From: Gemmatimonadota bacterium
GTDB lineage: Bacteria; Gemmatimonadota; Gemmatimonadetes; Gemmatimonadales; GWC2-71-9
DNA: 64,000 nt
Assembly: GCA_029863245.1 (NCBI GenBank)
Contig: JAOTVV010000008.1
Coordinates: 17,651 to 81,650 of the forward strand
Direction of reading: 5' to 3'
The notes beneath the pieces are model-generated. The model made no database searches and was not told the DNA's origin. It was given only the letters and a program-made list of their open reading frames with translations. A program made the translations under genes and the position numbers. How positions within the stretch are numbered: position 1 is the first letter of the stretch; every line of letters begins with the position of its first letter. Positions 56,889 to 64,000 of this stretch are shown piece by piece.

Positions 56889-59800
56889 TCAGCCGTGCGC
56901 AGTCGCTTTGCCCGACGGCCTTCGGGTGACTCCACTCTGCGGCGCCTCCGCAAGGAGCGCACGCGCGAGCTGGTACCATTCCTGAAGGCACCGCACGCTG
57001 CCGTCCCGGCTCTTGAGGGCCAGCACCGCGTCGCACGCCGCGCTCGCTGCCGACATCGTAGTGATATACGGCACGCGATGGTGGATTGCAGTGCGGCGAA
57101 TGAGGTAATCGTCCCGCTGGGTGAGCTTGCCCAACGGGGTATTGATAAGGAGCTGAACAGCCCCTGAGACGATCAGGTCCACCGGATTTGGCCGTCCTTC
57201 ATGGATCTTGAGGACTCGTTCGCTTGGCACCCCGCGCTGCCGCAGGTAACGGGCGGTCCCCTCCGTAGCCCTGATCCTGAAACCCATCTCGTGAAACCGC
57301 CGCACGATCGGAAGCACGGTGGCCTTGTCATTGTCGTTCACGGTGACGAACACGGTGCCCTGCAACGGCAGCGCGTCACCGGCAGCAATCTGCGCCTTGG
57401 CGAACGCCATACCGAAACTGTCCGCCACGCCCATGACCTCCCCGGTGGACCGCATCTCCGGCCCGAGAATGACATCCACGTTGGGGAGCTTCGAGAACGG
57501 AAAGACCGCCTCCTTTACCGCCACATACGGAATGGCGGGTTCGCTGGTGAAACCGAGCTCGGCCAGACGCTTTCCAATCATGACTCCGGCCGCGAGCTTC
57601 GCCAACGGGGCGCCCGTCGCCTTGCTCACGAACGGCAGGGTCCGCGAGGCCCGCGGATTCACCTCGAGCACATAGACGACGCCGTCCTGGACGGCAAACT
57701 GCACGTTAATGACGCCGACCACGCCGAGCGCCTTCGCAAAGGCTCTGGTGTGCTCGCGCATCTCGTCGATCGCACGCTCGCTCAGGAGGTACGGCGGCAG
57801 CACACATGCCGAGTCGCCGGAGTGCACACCAGCGTCTTCGATGTGCTGCATCACCCCCCCGATGACGCACTGCTCACCGTCCGCGATGGCATCGACGTCG
57901 GCCTCGAAGGCATCCTCCAGGAATCGGTCGATGAGCACTGGGTGCTCGGGAGAAACCCGGGCGGCCTTGGCGAAGTAGCCCCGCAGGGCCGGCTCGTCGT
58001 AGACGATCTCCATGGCCCGCCCGCCGAGCACGTAGGACGGGCGCACCAGTACCGGGTACCCAACGTCAGTGGCGACGGCGATCGCCTCCTCCAGGGTGAC
58101 AACGGTGCCATTGGGCGGTTGTGTCACGCCGAGCTTGCGGGCCAGCGCGTCGAACCGTCGACGGTCCTCGGCAAGATCGATCGACTCAGGACCCGTGCCG
58201 AGGATCGGAATGCCGGCAGCTTCCAGCCCCCTGGCGAGTTTGAGCGGGGTCTGACCCCCGAGCTGCACTACAACCCCTTTGGGCTGCTCCAATCTGACGA
58301 TCTCGAGCACATCCTCCAGCGTGAGTGGCTCGAAGTAGAGCTTGTCCGAAACGTCAAAATCGGTGGAGACGGTCTCGGGATTGGAGTTGATCATGATGGT
58401 GCGATACCCCAACTCCCGGAAGGAGAGACCGGCCCGCACGCAGCAGTAATCGAACTCCACACCCTGCCCGATCCGGTTCGGTCCGCTCCCCAGTATGACC
58501 ACGCCGTCGCTTCCCAGCGGCTCGGACTCGTTCTCCTCTTCGTACGAGGAGTAGTAGTATGGCGTGGCCGAGGGGAACTCCCCGGCGCAGGTATCCACTA
58601 CCTTGTAGTCGGGGTGGATGCCGAACGCCCACCGCCGCTCCCGCAAGTCTTGCTCTGACGTGCCGCGCAGGTCGCCCAACTGCTTGTCGGAGAACCCCAA
58701 GCGCTTCATCTCGCGCATCAATGCCGCGTCGACCTCCGCAGCCTCCGCAAACCGTCTCTCCGCATCGAGCAGCTCCTGGAGCTGCGACAGGAACCAGGGA
58801 TCGATCCCGGTGAGCTCGGCGATGTCGTCGACCGGGATGCCGGCAATCATCGCCCGCTTGATCTGGAAAATCCGCTCCGGCGTAGGCGTTCGAAGGGCGA
58901 CCTTGATGTCATCACGATCGTCGGACTCGAGCCTGTCGTCGGCGAGCGTCGCCCCGACCACCCATCCGGGCCGATCGATCTCGAGCGAGCGGAGTCCTTT
59001 CTGGAACGCCTCCTTGAACGTCCGACCGATGGCCATCGATTCGCCCACCGACTTCATCTGCGTCGTGAGCCGGAAATCGGCCGTGGGGAACTTCTCGAAT
59101 GCAAAGCGCGGGAACTTCGCCACGACATAGTCGAGGACCGGCTCGAAGGAGGCCGGCGTGGTCTTCGTGATGTCGTTGGGGAGCTCGTCGAGCGTGTAGC
59201 CCACGGCGAGCTTCGTGCCGATCCGCGCGATCGGGAAGCCCGTTGCCTTCGACGCGAGCGCCGACGAACGGGAGACACGCGGATTCATCTCGATCGTGAG
59301 CATCTCGCCGGTTCGCGGATCCAGCGCAAACTGGATGTTGCAGCCGCCCGCATCCACGCCCACTTCGCGGATGATCGCGATGGCAGCATCCCGCATCACC
59401 TGGTACTCGCGGTCGGTGAGCGTCATGGCCGGCGCCACCGTGATCGAGTCGCCCGTGTGCACCCCCATCGGATCCATGTTCTCGATGGAGCACACGATGA
59501 CCACGTTGTCGCGGTGGTCCCGCATGACCTCGAGCTCGAACTCCTTCCACCCCAGCACCGACCGCTCCACGAGCACCGAATGCACGGGTGACAGGTCGAG
59601 CGCCCGCTTGATCAGGACCTCGTACTCCTCGACGTTGTAGGCAACGCCGCCACCGGTGCCCCCGAGGGTAAACGACGGCCGGATGATCGCCGGGTATCCG
59701 ATCTCCTCGATGTGCGCGAGCGCCTCGTCGTTCGAGCTCACGACGGCGCCCCTAGGCACCGCAAGACCGAGCCGCTCCATCGCGGCCCCGAATTCCTTAC

Positions 59801-60168
59801 GGTCCTCCGCCACGCGGATCGCCCGCTCGTCGGCACCGATCAATTCCACCCCGTAGCGCTCAAGCGTGCCGTCCTCGACCAGCGCCATGGCGACGTTGAG
59901 GGCCGTCTGCCCACCCATCGTCGGGAGCAAGGCGTCCGGGCGCTCCTGCTCGATCACCTTTGCCACCCAATCAGGGGTCACGGGCTCGATGTAGGTCCGA
60001 TCCGCCAGCTCTGGATCGGTCATGATGGTCGCGGGGTTGGAGTTCACCAGGATGACCCGATAGCCCTCCTCCTTCAGCGCCTTCACGGCCTGCGTCCCCG
60101 AATAATCGAACTCGGCAGCCTGCCCGATCACGATCGGCCCCGACCCGATCAGCAGAATGCTCTCGAGG

Positions 60169-60185
<17 letters not shown>
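56889..60185 (-). CDS. carB: Carbamoyl-phosphate synthase large subunit
   Basis: 1098 aa. [33 protein letters not shown], duplicated ATP-grasp halves, MGS-like C-terminus. Confidence 0.95.
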
Positions 60186-62081
<1,896 letters not shown>

Positions 62082-62214
62082 CTACGCTCGCCTTTGGTCG
62101 GTGGTGAGTCTGGTAAGACGGCCGGCGATGGGTTGTATGGAGCGGATTCGGCGATTAGGTTTCAAAGTTTCGCGCAGCACAAACGATACCAGACACTTCC
62201 GACGGCTATCTATC

Positions 62215-62433
62215 ATGGCACGCATCTGCGACGTCTGTGGCAAAGGACCGACATTCGGTCACAACGTGAGTCACGCCAATAACAAGACCAATCGTCGCTG
62301 GTACCCCAACCTCCAACGAGTGCGGGCGCTCGTCAACGGAGAGGTCAAGCGGCTCCGGGTCTGTGCGCAGTGCATCAAGTCGAATAGGGTGACCAAGGCT
62401 CCACGACGTCCCGCATCGGTTCCCAAGCCCTAA
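62215..62433 (+). CDS. rpmB: 50S ribosomal protein L28
   Basis: 72 aa from the ATG 62215 inside ORF 62053..62433. [34 protein letters not shown]. Confidence 0.9.
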   Translation: MARICDVCGKGPTFGHNVSHANNKTNRRWYPNLQRVRALVNGEVKRLRVCAQCIKSNRVTKAPRRPASVPKP

Positions 62434-62460
62434 GACCTTCACTGCAACCGTCGAGCCAAC

Positions 62461-62492
62461 AAAAAACGGGGACCGCAGGGTCCCCGTTCGCT
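62461..62492. terminator. Bidirectional rho-independent terminator between the convergent rpmB and rplQ
   Basis: aaaaaa-cggggacc-gcag-ggtccccg-ttcgcttgtt: an 8-bp GC-rich stem with a tetraloop, an A-run upstream and a T-rich tail downstream. Confidence 0.6.
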
Positions 62493-62512
62493 TGTTGCTG
62501 TCAAGCACGCCG

Positions 62513-62869
62513 TCACTCGCCCAGAAGCTCGATCCTCGCCAACTCCGCGCCGTCACCTCGGCGGTGGCCCAGCTTGAGAATCCGGGTGTAACCGCCGGGC
62601 CGGCTCACAAAGCGCGGCCCGATCTCGTGAAACAGCCGGCCGGACACGTCACGGTCCCGGATGTGCCGCTCCACTTGTCGCCGAGCGTGGAGATCCCCGC
62701 GCCTGGCCAGGGTAATCAGCCGCTCGGCGAACGGCCGAAGCTCTTTTGCTTTGGCGATCGTCGTCACCACCTGCTCGTGCTTGAAGAGTGACGACGCCAT
62801 GTTGCGCAGCAGGGCGCGCCGGTGCGCGACCGTCCGACCGAGTTGGCGTCCCTTGTACTGATGCCGCAT
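62513..62869 (-). CDS. rplQ: 50S ribosomal protein L17
   Basis: Start set at MRHQYKGRQLGRTVAHRRALLRNMASSLFKHEQVVTTIAKAKELRPFAERLITLA. Confidence 0.95.
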   Translation of the reverse strand: MRHQYKGRQLGRTVAHRRALLRNMASSLFKHEQVVTTIAKAKELRPFAERLITLARRGDLHARRQVERHIRDRDVSGRLFHEIGPRFVSRPGGYTRILKLGHRRGDGAELARIELLGE

Positions 62870-62873
62870 CGGA

Positions 62874-63950
62874 CTAGCCCTCCACCACCGGCTCCTGGCC
62901 AACCGGCTCGGGCTCGCCGCCGACAGCCGCCGGCGTCGTGCCCTCGTCGACCACGATCAACTCGCCATTCCGCTCTTCGAACTGCATGCCGAAGTTGAGG
63001 CCCTCACGCCTGAGCATCTCGGCAATCTCTCCGAGCGCCTTCTCGCCGACGTTCTTGACCTTCAGCAGATCGTCCTCGGAGTAAGTCACCAGATCGCCCA
63101 GGGTGCTAATGCTCGAGTTCTTGAGCGAATTGATCGAGCGAACCGAGAGCCCACAGTCATCGATCGGCTTCGAGAGCAGCTCTCTGAGTGAGGTTCCCGC
63201 CTCGCCGGCGGACTCGGCGTCCACATTGGGAGCCGTCGGGACTTCGCCGAAATCGATGAAGTGCCGGAAGTGCTCCTGCAGCAGCGCTGCCGCATAGGCC
63301 ACGGAGTCCTCGGGCGCGATCGCGCCGTTGGTCTCCACCGCGAGCGTGAGGCTGTCAAAATCGGTACGCTGGCCGACCCGCGTCTCCTGCACCGTGAAGT
63401 TCGCCCGGCGCACCGGATTGTAGATGGCATCGATGCGAACCAAGTCGACGGGCAGCGAGCGATCCACCTCGTGCTGGGCAGCTTCGACGTACCCCCGCCC
63501 CTTGCGCACATACAGCTCGCCCGTCACCTCCCGGTCCTCCTGCAGCGTGAACAGCACGTGGTCCGGATACACGATTTCGACTGCGGGGTGCGGCTGGATG
63601 CTCCGGGCCGTGACGGGTCCGGCCTTGGTCGCCTTGAGCTGCAAGATGGCGTCGGTGTGGTCGCCCTGAATCACCAGGGTCAGCGTCTTGAGCCGCTGGA
63701 TGATCTGGTGGATATCCTCGACGACCGCCGGCACCGTCTGATGCTCGTGGACCACGCCTTCGAGCCGAAACGCCCATACGGCCGTGCCGGGAAGCGAGGA
63801 GAGCAACATGCGCCGGAGCGCGTTGCCAAGCGTGTACCCGTACCCCCGCTCGAGCGGCTGGAGCCGGAACTCCGCCGCGAACGGCACATCGTCCCGCTTG
63901 GTCATTTCGACGACGTGGGGACGAACCAAACCAGAAAGATCGACTGTCAT
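62874..63950 (-). CDS. rpoA: DNA-directed RNA polymerase alpha subunit
   Basis: 358 aa. GYGYTLGNALRRMLLSSLPG, C-terminal domain LSVRSINSLKNSSISTLGDLV. Confidence 0.95.
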   Translation of the reverse strand: MTVDLSGLVRPHVVEMTKRDDVPFAAEFRLQPLERGYGYTLGNALRRMLLSSLPGTAVWAFRLEGVVHEHQTVPAVVEDIHQIIQRLKTLTLVIQGDHTDAILQLKATKAGPVTARSIQPHPAVEIVYPDHVLFTLQEDREVTGELYVRKGRGYVEAAQHEVDRSLPVDLVRIDAIYNPVRRANFTVQETRVGQRTDFDSLTLAVETNGAIAPEDSVAYAAALLQEHFRHFIDFGEVPTAPNVDAESAGEAGTSLRELLSKPIDDCGLSVRSINSLKNSSISTLGDLVTYSEDDLLKVKNVGEKALGEIAEMLRREGLNFGMQFEERNGELIVVDEGTTPAAVGGEPEPVGQEPVVEG

Positions 63951-63953
63951 AGT

Positions 63954-64000
63954 CTACTTGGAATAGAGCTCAACGATCATCTGCTCCTGCGCGGTGACCG
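63954..64000 (-). CDS. rpsD: 30S ribosomal protein S4, last ~15 codons (gene continues past window end)
   Basis: Manual translation gives ...VTAQEQMIVELYSK*. The position upstream of rpoA fits the conserved rpsD-rpoA-rplQ order. Confidence 0.6.
   Translation of the reverse strand, partial: VTAQEQMIVELYSK

Noticed and set aside
56876-56962. murB start at 56962, giving a 74-nt overlap with carB
   Set aside because: The extra residues ([27 protein letters not shown]) are Arg-rich and unlike MurB N-termini. An in-frame TTG at 56875 just past the carB stop gives a typical length. The long form cannot be formally excluded.

Overview
GC-rich, very gene-dense chromosomal segment from a diderm bacterium (Tol-Pal, LptD-like, BamD and TatA/TatC are all present). 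The protein style loosely suggests a Gemmatimonadota-like lineage, but that is only an impression. I support about 60 protein genes. All but three (the ppiD-like gene, a four-helix-bundle gene and rpmB) lie on the minus strand, and many have 1-35 nt start/stop overlaps. Blocks in window order: recA(partial)-yraN-ftsK-comB-accC-pilT-accB-efp-pepP; an acidic TPR protein; ppiD-like (+); tatA-small membrane protein-ispB-like-second acidic TPR protein-hutI-hutU-hutH; the four-helix-bundle gene (+); a lipoprotein; lptD-like/tatC joined in frame; cpoB-pal-tolB-tolA-like-tolR-tolQ-epimerase; LysM protein-ssb; fused formiminotransferase-cyclodeaminase; rimI-tsaB-tsaE-uvrB-relA/spoT-radC; secA-nadD-bamD-two TPR proteins; a sugar-nucleotide block (uxs-ugd-wbpA/B/E/D-like, murB, carB, rmd-like, gmd); rpmB (+); rplQ-rpoA-rpsD(partial). 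I saw no rRNA, tRNA, CRISPR array, transposase or integrase. The window is mostly housekeeping. The most unusual signal is a dispersed family of long polypurine/polypyrimidine (GGGAAAA-type) arms at four intergenic loci. At three loci the arms form inverted pairs, and one pair encloses a gene of the 23S-rRNA-intervening-sequence / Avd-like four-helix-bundle family. That arrangement looks like a free-standing IVS-like cassette. Other points worth checking: tatC runs into the lptD-like gene with no stop codon, exactly at a signal-peptide start. pilT is translationally wedged between accB and accC. TPR-like coding signal lies upstream of the first canonical start of the second acidic TPR gene and needs a frame change. 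The two acidic TPR proteins share short EPT(A/S)L motifs. A frameshifted epimerase remnant sits between two genes. carB is embedded in a glycan-precursor operon. All calls come from reading the ORF track and sequence by eye; no database search was possible.
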